A stretch of 64,000 nucleotides of DNA from an uncultured Gammaproteobacteria bacterium (GCA_964413645.1 CAYPSA010000007.1:3621-67620); one strand, 5' to 3'; shown: positions 16,009-25,925, counted from the first letter of the stretch. Made by a program: numbers and translations. Notes: generated from the sequence alone by a model not told the origin.

Positions 16009-18159
16009 TTAATTTTGTAGATTTTTATTATCTAAAATACTCATTTTTTCACCGTTAAATACTTTGTATACAGCTTCGGTAACAAAGGGCATGAACGGAT
16101 GAAGAAGGACGAGCATTTGCAAATAGACTTCTTCAAGTTTTTTGACTACTCCAATATTACCAGATTGAGCCTCGCTTTTCAACTGTTCAATATAATAATC
16201 CGCAAATCGATGCCATAAGAATTCGTATAAATTGTTGAATGACTGAGAAAATTTAAATGTTTCCATGTCTTTAATTGTTTGTTTTTGGAGAGCGCTAAAC
16301 TCTTTTTCAAGTTCGGCCAGGAGCGTACCCGCGTCCTTTTTGTCATTCTGAGGCGCAGCCTTGTCATTCTGAGCGACACTGTCATTTCGAACGGAGTGAG
16401 AAATCTCAGTCTTGTCCACATCTTTCATCATCCCCACAAACCTTCCCACATTCCAAATCTTATTCGCAAAATTTCGCATTGCCCGAACCTTGTCTTCTGA
16501 AAACGGTGCATCATTTCCCTCTGAGTTTCCAAAAATAAGCGATGCTCGAACAGCGTCAGCTCCATATTTTTCAATCATCAGCATTGGATTTACTACATTA
16601 CCCTTACTTTTACTCATTTTTGCGCCTTTACCGTCGCGAACCATTCCATGTAAAAACACCGTACTAAATGGCGACTTTCCTGTCGTATAAATACCTAGCA
16701 TCATCATCCTACACACCCACCAGGGTAAAATATCATAGCCCGTCTCCATAACTGAAGTTGGATAATAATAATCAAAGTAATCATCTCCTAAAGCTTTAAG
16801 TGTTGCCACCGGCCATTGACCCGAAGAAAACCAGGTATCAAATGTATCGACATCCTGTGTAAGCGTTTTACTTGCACATTTCGAACACTGGTCTGGAGTT
16901 TCTCCTTCAGTTATCACCCACTCGCTACATTTATTACATTTCCACGCGGGAATCCGTATTCCCCAAACAATTTGCCGTGAAATATTCCAATCATGGAAAT
17001 TTGTCAGCCAATCAAGCGCCCGGTTTTCAAATCGTTTTGGAACAATAGTGGTTTCTTTTTTTGTGAGAGCGTTAATTGCAGCATCGGTTAGTGGCTTAAC
17101 TTTCACAAACCATTGTTCCAAAGGGAGCGGTTCGAGTGTACGTGAGCATTTATAACAAGTTTTTACCACCATCGCATGCTCATAAGCTACCAGTGAAAGC
17201 TCTTCAACGAGCTTAGGACGCGCGCTAGCAACTCGAAGTCCATCATATTCAGTCCCAGTTCCAAAAATTTTTCCATCAAATCCAATCACTTGTACAGAAG
17301 CTAAATTGTGTCGTTTTCCAACCTCAAAGTCATTAAAATCATGTGCGGGGGTAACTTTTACCGCTCCCGTACCAAATTCCATTTCTACATAATCATCAGC
17401 AATTATTGGAATTTCTTTGTTAATAATAGGAATGATCGCTGTCTTTCCAATAAAATCTACATATCTTTTATCTTTAGGATTAACCATCACGGCAGTATCT
17501 CCAAACATTGTTTCAGGACGAGTTGTTGCTACAGTAATACTTCCTCCATCTTTAATGTAGTATGTTAAAGAGTATAGCGAACCGGTCGATTCTTCGTCTT
17601 TAACCTCTAAATCCGAAAACCCAGTTCCACAATGAGTACAGTAGTTAACTAATCTACTCGAGCGATAAACGAGCCCATCTTCATGTAATTTTTTGAATGT
17701 TTTATATACCGACGAAACAATCTTCTCATCAAGGGTAAAAAGCGTTTTGCTCCAATCTAATGCAAATCCAAGCGCACGCAACTGACTTTCCATCGTTCCC
17801 CGATTTTTTTCAACAAACTCCCAAATCATCTTATAGAGCGTTGTACGATCATAATCAAATCTGCTTTTACCTTCTTTTTTTAAGTGTTTTTCGAAAACAA
17901 ACTGTGTTTCAAAACCTGCATGATCAGCCCCTGCAAGCCAAAATGCTGAATATCCCTGAAGTTTTTTCATCCGAATCATAACGTCTTCATATACATACAT
18001 TGCATGTCCTGCATGGAGATCTGCGTTTGCATTGGGGGGAGGTAAAATTATACAAAACGGTTTCTTTGTCGTATCTACCCTAGCCTCAAAATACCCGTTT
18101 TTTTCCCAAAAGTCGTAGAGTTCTTTTTCGTGATCGGCGGGTATAAATTTAGTGTCCAT
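16009..18159 (-). CDS. valS: Valyl-tRNA synthetase (short form, no C-terminal coiled coil)
   Basis: PPPNANADLHAGHA (HIGH region), GADHAGFETQ and KMSKS. Confidence 0.9.
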   Translation of the reverse strand: MDTKFIPADHEKELYDFWEKNGYFEARVDTTKKPFCIILPPPNANADLHAGHAMYVYEDVMIRMKKLQGYSAFWLAGADHAGFETQFVFEKHLKKEGKSRFDYDRTTLYKMIWEFVEKNRGTMESQLRALGFALDWSKTLFTLDEKIVSSVYKTFKKLHEDGLVYRSSRLVNYCTHCGTGFSDLEVKDEESTGSLYSLTYYIKDGGSITVATTRPETMFGDTAVMVNPKDKRYVDFIGKTAIIPIINKEIPIIADDYVEMEFGTGAVKVTPAHDFNDFEVGKRHNLASVQVIGFDGKIFGTGTEYDGLRVASARPKLVEELSLVAYEHAMVVKTCYKCSRTLEPLPLEQWFVKVKPLTDAAINALTKKETTIVPKRFENRALDWLTNFHDWNISRQIVWGIRIPAWKCNKCSEWVITEGETPDQCSKCASKTLTQDVDTFDTWFSSGQWPVATLKALGDDYFDYYYPTSVMETGYDILPWWVCRMMMLGIYTTGKSPFSTVFLHGMVRDGKGAKMSKSKGNVVNPMLMIEKYGADAVRASLIFGNSEGNDAPFSEDKVRAMRNFANKIWNVGRFVGMMKDVDKTEISHSVRNDSVAQNDKAAPQNDKKDAGTLLAELEKEFSALQKQTIKDMETFKFSQSFNNLYEFLWHRFADYYIEQLKSEAQSGNIGVVKKLEEVYLQMLVLLHPFMPFVTEAVYKVFNGEKMSILDNKNLQN
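16339..16410. repeat. Dispersed-repeat heads (3x TGTCATT[CT][TC]GA) embedded in frame in valS
   Basis: The heads start at 16341, 16362 and 16380, spaced 21 and 18 nt. On the minus strand they encode ..ISHSVRNDSVAQNDKAAPQNDKK.. Confidence 0.7.
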
Positions 18160-18165
18160 AATAGT

Positions 18166-18248
18166 AGCGTTATTCTGAGCGATACCTCTGTCATCCAGAG
18201 CCCTTCGAATGCTCTCAGGGTAAACTCAGAGAGGGATCTCCGTTACGC
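18166..18248. repeat. Dispersed-repeat module cluster in the valS/DUF2298 divergent intergenic region
   Basis: Sequence ttattctgagcgatacctctgtcatccagagc..ctcagggtaaactcagagagggatctcc. It matches 53868-53896 and 14088-14150. Confidence 0.7.
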
Positions 18249-18301
18249 ACAACTATATCAAAAAGTGGTTGATATTTCAATCTAAAAAAGGTACGCTAGT
18301 A

Positions 18302-20458
18302 ATGAATTATATGAACTGGATAGTACAAACCACTAGTTGGTACTTTTTTTTATTGCTACTAGGCATTGTTGCCTTACCCGTTACGAAAAAAATCTTCGGA
18401 TCATTATTCGATTACGGATATTCGTTTTCAAAAGCGATTGGACTATTACTTGTTAGCTACAGCGCCCTCGTTTTAGGAATGTATCACATACTTCCCTTCT
18501 CACGGGGAGGGTTATTGTTCCTAACCGGGCTCTTGGGGCTCGTGGGAGCATATACACTACATAAATCAGAAAGAGGCAAGCTAACACTACCCCGAAATTC
18601 GCTTTTGCTTATCATTTTCCAGGAAATCCTCTTTATTTCAGCATTATTTTTCTGGGTAAAAGTGCGTGGGCAAGAACCATCAATTCATGGGCTTGAAAAG
18701 TTTATGGATTTTGGATTCATAAACTCAATTCTACGAAGTGAATATTTCCCCCCTAAGGATATGTGGCTGGCTGGATATCCCATTAACTACTATTACTTTG
18801 GCCATTTAACAGGAGCTGTTCTGATTAAACTCTCAAACATTGCGTCAAATTATGGTTACAACCTCATTCTAGCTACAATTTTCGCAATGGGAATAACCCA
18901 AGTATTCAGTTTAAGCTTCAATATTATCTATAAAGCATTCGGGAACAAACTACGAACATCATTTTTAGCTGGAATTTTGGGCACATTTTTAGTAAACATC
19001 GGTGGAAATTTACATACTATCTATGCCTTCACATCGGGCTATAATCCCGAAAAACCGATTGCGTTTTGGAATATATTGACAAAATTTAGCCCCACCACCT
19101 ATTGGTATCCAAATGCCACCCGCTTTATTCCCTTTACAATTCACGAATTCCCTATTTATTCATATGTTGTGGCTGATTTGCATGGACACGTCTTCGATAT
19201 TCCTTTTGTTCTTCTCACGCTAGCTTTCCTATTTACGATCATAACTTCCAAGAGTTTATCGCTCAAACAAAAGGCGTATTACGATCTATACCCTTCGTTA
19301 ACTATTGCTTTCATGTGCGCGATTCATTTCATGACAAACGCATTTGACGGCCCTATTTATATACTCCTTGGAATGTCGGTATTGTTATATTTATTTGGTA
19401 TTTCAAAGAGACTGGTGATAAACGGCGTTATTACAGCGTTTGGTTTCCTAATTTTCACATTCCCGTTTTCATCGAATTTCGTACCCTTCGTTTCGGGAAT
19501 AGGAGTAAATTGCGCACCCAATTACTTAATCCAATTCAAAAAAATCGGCCCGTTCATGTTTGAACAAGGAAACTGTCAGATGTCAGCAATATGGATGCTT
19601 CTAGTTTTGTGGGGATTTTTCTTATTCCATTTCCTTTTCCTTACCATATATCAATATTTCATGTCTAAGAAGGAGTCCGGCAAGAATTCGTTCGTACTTA
19701 CACGCATTGACCACTTCATGCTCATTATTTTCACCATTGGCACCGCACTACTTATCATTCCAGAATACTTTTACATTAAAGACATCTACCCTGCGCACTT
19801 TAGAGCGAATACCATGTTTAAACTTGGATACCAAGCTTTTATTATGATGGGAATTGCATCTACGTATACTTTTTTCCGATTGAAACAAGGATTGAGAAAG
19901 TTTAATCCCATATCGATCACCTATCTCCTTCTCTTCATCCCTCTTTTCGTACTGGTCGCAATCTACCCAACATTTGCAATCACGTCATATTACGGGCAGC
20001 TTAAAAAAGAACCACAACTTAATGGAACGGCCTGGATACGTCCAACCTACCCTACTTACGAGAAAATCATTGCGTATTTAAATACCAATGTAGATGGTCA
20101 ACCAACCATACTGGAAGCTCAAGGCGACTCATACACTGACTTTAATATGGTCTCCTCATATACCGGACTACCTACTGTTGGTGGATGGTGGGTACATGAA
20201 TGGCTATGGCGTGGAAGTTCCGATGTGATTGCTAAATTGATCCCTGATATAACAGGAATTTATGAAGGAACCGATGTGGCAACAATAAGAACGTTACTTA
20301 AAAAACATGCCATCGAATATATTGTCGTTGGTCCACATGAACGAACAAAATATGTAAATTTAAACGATACAATACTCAAATCATTAGGCGAAATAGTCTT
20401 CACAGCAAGCGATCCAAACACTGCAAGTCCAAGCTATATAATCAAAATTCAGAAATAA
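18302..20458 (+). CDS. DUF2298 / YYY-motif large integral membrane protein (GT-C-like)
   Basis: More than 15 TMs, the motif GYPINYYYFGH, and a C-terminal soluble domain. The start (18269, 18302 or 18311) is uncertain. Confidence 0.7.
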   Translation: MNYMNWIVQTTSWYFFLLLLGIVALPVTKKIFGSLFDYGYSFSKAIGLLLVSYSALVLGMYHILPFSRGGLLFLTGLLGLVGAYTLHKSERGKLTLPRNSLLLIIFQEILFISALFFWVKVRGQEPSIHGLEKFMDFGFINSILRSEYFPPKDMWLAGYPINYYYFGHLTGAVLIKLSNIASNYGYNLILATIFAMGITQVFSLSFNIIYKAFGNKLRTSFLAGILGTFLVNIGGNLHTIYAFTSGYNPEKPIAFWNILTKFSPTTYWYPNATRFIPFTIHEFPIYSYVVADLHGHVFDIPFVLLTLAFLFTIITSKSLSLKQKAYYDLYPSLTIAFMCAIHFMTNAFDGPIYILLGMSVLLYLFGISKRLVINGVITAFGFLIFTFPFSSNFVPFVSGIGVNCAPNYLIQFKKIGPFMFEQGNCQMSAIWMLLVLWGFFLFHFLFLTIYQYFMSKKESGKNSFVLTRIDHFMLIIFTIGTALLIIPEYFYIKDIYPAHFRANTMFKLGYQAFIMMGIASTYTFFRLKQGLRKFNPISITYLLLFIPLFVLVAIYPTFAITSYYGQLKKEPQLNGTAWIRPTYPTYEKIIAYLNTNVDGQPTILEAQGDSYTDFNMVSSYTGLPTVGGWWVHEWLWRGSSDVIAKLIPDITGIYEGTDVATIRTLLKKHAIEYIVVGPHERTKYVNLNDTILKSLGEIVFTASDPNTASPSYIIKIQK

Positions 20459-20543
20459 CCCTTTGAGGCTCTAGTAAGCCCCAAACTCGAATATTTTCCA
20501 GAAAGTCCTTGACAAGTTTAAAAGCGTTTGATATCGTTATTGG

Positions 20544-20633
20544 ATACCCTGCCGATGAGGTGGGGAGTTCCACGAAGAGCATTACTATACGTCGTGCCCC
20601 TTTTATACGAACGGTAGTGATGCTCTTTTTTTT
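20544..20633 (+). ncRNA. Candidate ~90-nt small RNA (or a structured 3' UTR of the upstream gene)
   Basis: Promoter-like TTGACA(20509-20514)-17-TATCGT(20532-20537) upstream. It ends in a strong intrinsic terminator, and no plus-strand gene follows. Confidence 0.3.
20577..20633 (+). terminator. Rho-independent terminator
   Basis: An 11-bp stem GAGCATTACTA/TAGTGATGCTC (one G-U pair) followed by T8. Confidence 0.65.
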
Positions 20634-20643
20634 GTGGAATTTT

Positions 20644-20796
20644 TTAAAGTCTTACTGTCATTACAGGAACTCGTAGATTCTTCTTTGCAAGTATTTTAAA
20701 TTGATCTCGCGCAAATACGTATGCCTCTTGCACATCATAAACACCTTGATCAGTAACTCGAACAGCAAGTCTTGTGAATATTTTTTTTGTAGCCAT
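20644..20796 (-). CDS. Small ORF (50 aa), unknown function
   Basis: Not in the ORF track. Translation is MATKKIFTRLAVRVTDQGVYDVQEAYVFARDQFKILAKKNLRVPVMTVRL. It is preceded by TTGACA-17-TAACAT-6-ATG. Confidence 0.4.
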   Translation of the reverse strand: MATKKIFTRLAVRVTDQGVYDVQEAYVFARDQFKILAKKNLRVPVMTVRL

Positions 20797-20802
20797 ACAC
20801 CC

Positions 20803-20831
20803 ATGTTAATTCCCCCTCATTCATTTGTCAA
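20803..20831 (-). promoter_or_regulatory. Promoter TTGACA-17-TAACAT, 6 nt upstream of ATG 20796
   Basis: Hexamers read on the minus strand. Confidence 0.45.
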
Positions 20832-20856
20832 GTCCTATAACAAAAATGTATCTTAT

Positions 20857-20872
20857 TATAGGGCGCCCTATA
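20857..20872. promoter_or_regulatory. Perfect 16-bp palindrome TATAGGGCGCCCTATA upstream of the 20831 promoter
   Basis: Self-complementary on direct reading, with flanking CTATA(A/G) boxes. Confidence 0.4.
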
Positions 20873-20996
20873 GTCTTATAGAGGGTATTTAGACTACTAC
20901 AAAAGGATTTATTAAATAGAAATATCTATGTGGATAACGCGAGTCCAGAGGCGAGATGCATTTTTTGGAGGAGAATTACCTAACCACAGAAGAGAA

Positions 20997-22181
20997 CTAT
21001 TTCAATATAGATGCGTAAAGCTCTTCTAGTCTTAAAACAACATTTTTCATATCATGCTGCTTAATAATTTCTTTCGACCATTTTGAAGCTTGTAAACGAG
21101 CTTTCTTATCTCCTAATAGCCTACACAAATATTCACTCAATTCAAAAATGTTTGAAGTCTCATACAAATACCCGTTTTTACCTTGCTGAACTAGCTCAAA
21201 TAATGCCCCTGCATGCACGGAAACTACTGGAAGACCAGTAGCCATCGCCTCCATAGTAGAAACACTCTGTAATTCTACCGGAGAAGGCATAACAAAAATA
21301 TCACCCAATCCATACATAGCTTCCATCTCTTCGTTAGGGACAAACCCTGTAAAAACAATGTTACTTGCAATCCCTAATTGATCTGCTAGACTTTCAAGGT
21401 GCGCGCGATAATGTCCTTTTCCAGCGATAACTACAGTGCAATCATATTTCTTTAAGACGCTCTTTGCCGCCAATAAGATATCCTCAATTCTTTTTTCACC
21501 ATCAATTCTTCCCAAATACATCAAAATTGGCTTATTAAGTGGTATTACATACTTCTTTGCTATACCAACATTTTTCAAATCTTGACCATACAATGTAGTA
21601 TCTATACCATTACTCACTGCGACTGCTTTTGATTCAAGTCCATGTTCTTGCAGTAAATTAATAGCTGTACCACTTGGCGAAGTAACCAGATCTGAGTTAT
21701 TACAAAAATTAACTACGAATTTCCATAATAATTCATTAAAAGGGCCTGCTAAAGGCTCCAACCGTTTCATAGAGTCGGGAGTAAGATTATGCACCAGATT
21801 CTCAGGCATAAAATGGTTCGTGCTAATAATTGGAATATCTCGCTCTTTCGCATAACGCTGGGCAGCTAAACCAATTAACAAAAAATGATGTATGTGAATA
21901 ATGTCAGGCTTAAAATCATCAATGGCTTGTTTAACTTGTGAAAAAGGAAGCGTTGCGATGCGCATATCTTGTGCAAACTTAACCAGCGGAATTGGTTTTG
22001 CCGATATATAGAAAATTGAAGGATTTGTAGCGGCTTGAGCCGCAGTAGCACTATCCTCAGAAGGCGCAATTATTCCAACGGTATGCCCTGCCTTAGCTAA
22101 TGCTTTAGCAATACGATCTGGAGCTATAGTTCCCCCGCTAATGGAAGGATAATAAACGTCGAGAACAAATAAAATACGCAT
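20997..22181 (-). CDS. Glycosyltransferase family 4 (GT-B, group 1)
   Basis: N-terminal MRILFVLDVYYPSISGG and a C-terminal E-x7-E-type region MPSPVELQSVSTMEAMATGLPVV. Confidence 0.85.
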   Translation of the reverse strand: MRILFVLDVYYPSISGGTIAPDRIAKALAKAGHTVGIIAPSEDSATAAQAATNPSIFYISAKPIPLVKFAQDMRIATLPFSQVKQAIDDFKPDIIHIHHFLLIGLAAQRYAKERDIPIISTNHFMPENLVHNLTPDSMKRLEPLAGPFNELLWKFVVNFCNNSDLVTSPSGTAINLLQEHGLESKAVAVSNGIDTTLYGQDLKNVGIAKKYVIPLNKPILMYLGRIDGEKRIEDILLAAKSVLKKYDCTVVIAGKGHYRAHLESLADQLGIASNIVFTGFVPNEEMEAMYGLGDIFVMPSPVELQSVSTMEAMATGLPVVSVHAGALFELVQQGKNGYLYETSNIFELSEYLCRLLGDKKARLQASKWSKEIIKQHDMKNVVLRLEELYASILK

Positions 22182-22214
22182 AAGGATATGATATTATACC
22201 AATAATAAGCCCTT

Positions 22215-22973
22215 TCAATCGCGATAGCTCTGTCCACCCATTTCGTAGTCCATATTCGAATTATCCATTTTACCCAATACGGTCATATAAATAGCGGAAT
22301 ACACATATGAGATAAGAGTTTTTAGTACACCACTTTGATCAAATCGACGTTGGGAAACTCTCACACGTACTGAGCGTAGAACTTTTGCTTTCGCTCCTGC
22401 TTTTTTTGCCCTATGAATAATGTCATGATCTTCTGGGAAAAACTTCTTCGAGTCTTGAGATTGATTTACCGTATACCCACCTAATGCAAAAAAGAAATTT
22501 CGATTAAAGATCATTGCGGCCTGAGTTGGAAATGGACGACTCCAATTTTGAGACAACCTGATAAAAAAATTTGAAATCATAAATACAATCCTATATAACA
22601 ACTTCGATGTTATAGGAAGAATGGTAAATAAATATATTAACGCTCTTTCCTTTTGTATTTCGTCCATCAATTTTGCAATAAACCCAGGATCTACACGTGT
22701 GTCTGCATCAAGAATTAATAGATATTCACCATGCGCCCTCTCCCCCCCCATATTTCTCTGATACGATAGATTTCTCCTAGCTACTTTTATTATTTGCATT
22801 ATCAATATTTGTTTAAAACTTTGAGCATTTTGAACCGTTTTATCTTCAGAATTTCCATCGACAATAATCACCTCAAAAGACTTGTTTGTTTGCGCGGCAA
22901 GATCACCCAGTAGTAAAGGTAAATATTTCTCTTCGTTTAGTGTAGGAATTACGATGCTTAGAATTTTTTTCAT
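22215..22973 (-). CDS. Glycosyltransferase family 2
   Basis: LSIVIPTLNEEKYL and ILDADT motifs. ATG 22973 is preferred over the longer ORF. Confidence 0.8.
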   Translation of the reverse strand: MKKILSIVIPTLNEEKYLPLLLGDLAAQTNKSFEVIIVDGNSEDKTVQNAQSFKQILIMQIIKVARRNLSYQRNMGGERAHGEYLLILDADTRVDPGFIAKLMDEIQKERALIYLFTILPITSKLLYRIVFMISNFFIRLSQNWSRPFPTQAAMIFNRNFFFALGGYTVNQSQDSKKFFPEDHDIIHRAKKAGAKAKVLRSVRVRVSQRRFDQSGVLKTLISYVYSAIYMTVLGKMDNSNMDYEMGGQSYRD

Positions 22974-22995
22974 TTTTATAAGGAAGTAGTAAGTG

Positions 22996-24078
22996 TTATT
23001 GAGTTGGATCGACTTGTTTAGGGGCTCCAATCGGCATATTCGCAATTACTCCTGCTCCTTTTCGTTTCATTTCATGTTTTAAAAGTGCATCATGCGCCAT
23101 ACCTGTCCATTCTTCCGGACGTTTAATAAACGCAGCATGAGCATCATCCACTGAATAAAAACCATCGATGAAGGTCATGTCTACGCTTTGCTGCATACTT
23201 AATTGAGGCGCAGATATGAATTGAAATACTCTCGCTTTCCATCCGGGATTTCTACGATTAAGATCTTCTTTATTAAGTTTTTTTGGTTTTATCATGGGGA
23301 AAACAACGTCGTTTACACTATGGATAACTGAAATATTAGTACCTTTATTATGAGCATGCTTCAGTAAATTACGAACACTTTGGCGAGCCATTGCGCCTCC
23401 TTCTCGGAGATTTCGCGGAATATCACTCCTTAAATATTTCAAGAATCCTTCCCCACCTGCCTTAGCTTGCCTTAAAGCTTCTTCTGACATTTCCTTTTCA
23501 TCACGATTACTCTCATTTATTATGCCTTCCGCCACGAATCGTGCTCCCAACTTAAAAAGAGTGTCCTCTCCAGAAAGCCCAGCAGGATCAATCAATATTA
23601 GATCGCTTATACTTTCAGGATGTAAATAAGCAGTAACCGCCGCAGCTATCGCTCCTTCCGAATGCCCCACAATTGCTGCCTGGTGAATTCCTTTTCCTAG
23701 CATAGCTGCACGTATTGCCGCTGCTTGATCAAGAAAATAATCGTCAATTTTTTCAATCTTTTCAACATTATCTGGCTCAAGACCATGTGGAATACCTCGT
23801 GCTTCATCCACATAAAGCACTCTTCTACCTTCTCGGGCCATTGCTAATAGATTCGCCTTGTTATGAAGAGGTGATAGAGTACCATACCCTCCAATTATAA
23901 AAACAGGAATATCACTCGTTTTATTAGGAGGATCTATATCAATTATACGGACTGCCCGCGGCGTTTCAGCATTTAACGTTTCTACATTTACAAACTGCTC
24001 ATTGAGCCATTCCTCAGAAGGAGGAGCATATGCGTGGGTATCGTAATTTTGCACTGTTCCTACTTCAACTTCTGTCAT
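22996..24078 (-). CDS. Alpha/beta-fold hydrolase
   Basis: Nucleophile elbow VGHSEGA and alpha/beta-like secondary pattern. Confidence 0.6.
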   Translation of the reverse strand: MTEVEVGTVQNYDTHAYAPPSEEWLNEQFVNVETLNAETPRAVRIIDIDPPNKTSDIPVFIIGGYGTLSPLHNKANLLAMAREGRRVLYVDEARGIPHGLEPDNVEKIEKIDDYFLDQAAAIRAAMLGKGIHQAAIVGHSEGAIAAAVTAYLHPESISDLILIDPAGLSGEDTLFKLGARFVAEGIINESNRDEKEMSEEALRQAKAGGEGFLKYLRSDIPRNLREGGAMARQSVRNLLKHAHNKGTNISVIHSVNDVVFPMIKPKKLNKEDLNRRNPGWKARVFQFISAPQLSMQQSVDMTFIDGFYSVDDAHAAFIKRPEEWTGMAHDALLKHEMKRKGAGVIANMPIGAPKQVDPTQ

Positions 24079-24131
24079 AATTATATTCTACGCCTTTACA
24101 CAACTCCTCTGTAACCATAGGCACACAAATA

Positions 24132-25859
24132 TCATTTCTTCTGACTTTTAAATATCTCTTCGATTTCCTTCAAACTCGTTATATCTTCTGGGCGTTTGTC
24201 GTCGCGAATGCGCTCAAGTCGTGGAAAACGAAGTGCGTACCCAGCCGTATGTGAAGGAGATTTCGTAAGCTCATCTGCTTTAATTTCCAAAACAATACTT
24301 GGTTTTACCCATACATCCGCTTTCATAAGGTCGGTGACTTCGTAGAGCGTGGGCTTTGTAGGAGAAATAAGTTTTTGGGATTGTTCAAACATTAATCTCC
24401 ACTCATCATCGGTGAGTCCTGTTCCCAGCTTCGCAACAGTTTTATATTTATCTTCTTTTTCATCATATATTCCCACTAAAATCGCCCCTAAACCAAATCC
24501 GGCACGCTTGCCTTTGCCGTAATCGTATCCCATAACTACTGTATCAATGGTATCGTCGATCTTACTACTGTAACTACGTTTATATTTAATCCAATTCCAC
24601 CCTCGTGCACCTGGCTGATACGGTCCATCTTCGCGCTTAACCATGATTCCTTCTAGTCCTTTTTCAATAGCGATATCAAATTCAAGCTCAATTTGATTTG
24701 CGCTCGTAATAATTCGCTCCGGAGAAAGCAAAATCGTATCCTTAACAACATCATTTGTAAGTTTCACCGTTTTATTGAGCAGTCTTCGACGATGGGTCAG
24801 TGGTTCGCCAATTAAATTCATGCCGTCCAAAAACAAAAGATCAAAAGCAAACAGTCGGAGTGGAATTTCTAAAGCCTTTGATGCTATGTCGTATTTGCGT
24901 TTTCGCTGAACCGTTTCTTGAAATGGTAAAAATCCACCTGTTTGAATATCATATCCAATAGCTTCCCCTTCAAAAATTACCGAATCTGCCTTTATTTCCT
25001 TTTGCACTCCAGCGACAATGTCAGGATACATGTGAGTAACATCATCAAGACCGCGAGAGTATAAACGTGTATCTTTTTTATTATGGTGAATCTGCAATCG
25101 GAAACCATCGTATTTTGGTTCAATAATACCTGCGGGAACTTTTTCCAAAATTGACTCAGGTGAAGAAAGTCGTTCGGCTTTCATCATAAGAATAGGAGTA
25201 AAGAGCGTTGGTCCAACAGTTGAAAGACCTTTTACACCTTTTTCTTTTATTACTTTTCCTATAAAACCAAGATCCGGATTCACTTGATACACTTTTTCAA
25301 TCGCTGGTCGAAATGATTTGTCCCCTGCGACCATATACGAAAATGCATCTAAAATGGTCATATCCGAAAATCCTAATCGAAGTGTATTAGTGGGAATGCG
25401 GGCAATAAATCTACATGAAAGTGCGTCCAGACTTTGAATGAGTTCGGTGATAATACTAAGTTTTACTTCTTGAGACCCGTTACCCGTTGCCTGAGTGATC
25501 GAGTAGAGCTTATTGTAAACCTGGACAATTGAAAGGTCAGTCTCCCCGATTGTCGAAACAGATGCACGCAAGCTTTCAATTGTTTTCCCCAAATCACCCG
25601 AGTTTTTATAAGCATTCATAAATACTTTCTCGTCAATTTGCAAACCAGTTACAAAGGCTTTTATAAGGAGCTTCTCTGCCAGTCCAAAATCGGCTTTTTC
25701 ATACAATGGCACGACCCGTCCTTGGAGTAAATATAAAACTTTATAGATCTCATCAGCGGAGACTTTTTCAAATAACTCAGCCAAAATTGAGGTCATCGCA
25801 TTGCGCGAAGGAGTATTTTCAATTTTATCGAAGTAGACTGCTAAATCATGAAACTTCAT
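24132..25859 (-). CDS. lig: ATP-dependent DNA ligase (archaeal/eukaryal-type with N-terminal DNA-binding domain)
   Basis: Adenylation motif EPKYDGFRLQIH, EGIMVK, and an OB-fold C-terminus. ATG 25859 is preferred because the longer ORF reads through the hairpin doublet. Confidence 0.88.
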   Translation of the reverse strand: MKFHDLAVYFDKIENTPSRNAMTSILAELFEKVSADEIYKVLYLLQGRVVPLYEKADFGLAEKLLIKAFVTGLQIDEKVFMNAYKNSGDLGKTIESLRASVSTIGETDLSIVQVYNKLYSITQATGNGSQEVKLSIITELIQSLDALSCRFIARIPTNTLRLGFSDMTILDAFSYMVAGDKSFRPAIEKVYQVNPDLGFIGKVIKEKGVKGLSTVGPTLFTPILMMKAERLSSPESILEKVPAGIIEPKYDGFRLQIHHNKKDTRLYSRGLDDVTHMYPDIVAGVQKEIKADSVIFEGEAIGYDIQTGGFLPFQETVQRKRKYDIASKALEIPLRLFAFDLLFLDGMNLIGEPLTHRRRLLNKTVKLTNDVVKDTILLSPERIITSANQIELEFDIAIEKGLEGIMVKREDGPYQPGARGWNWIKYKRSYSSKIDDTIDTVVMGYDYGKGKRAGFGLGAILVGIYDEKEDKYKTVAKLGTGLTDDEWRLMFEQSQKLISPTKPTLYEVTDLMKADVWVKPSIVLEIKADELTKSPSHTAGYALRFPRLERIRDDKRPEDITSLKEIEEIFKSQKK

Positions 25860-25871
25860 CCCCCTATTATA

Positions 25872-25913
25872 CAACCTAAGAGGTTGGATACGCACTGTCA
25901 ACCTCTTAGGTTG
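25872..25913. repeat. REP-like hairpin doublet
   Basis: Sequence caacctaagaggttg-gatacgcactgt-caacctcttaggttg. Confidence 0.8.
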
Positions 25914-25925
25914 CTAAATTGTAAA

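Noticed and set aside
20544-20633. Identification of the candidate small RNA as SRP (4.5S) RNA
   Set aside because: A GAGG-stem-loop-GAAGAGCA segment looks superficially like SRP helix 8. However, the GGAA/GNRA tetraloop and the AGCAGC motif are absent, and the 5' and 3' ends do not pair into the required long hairpin.
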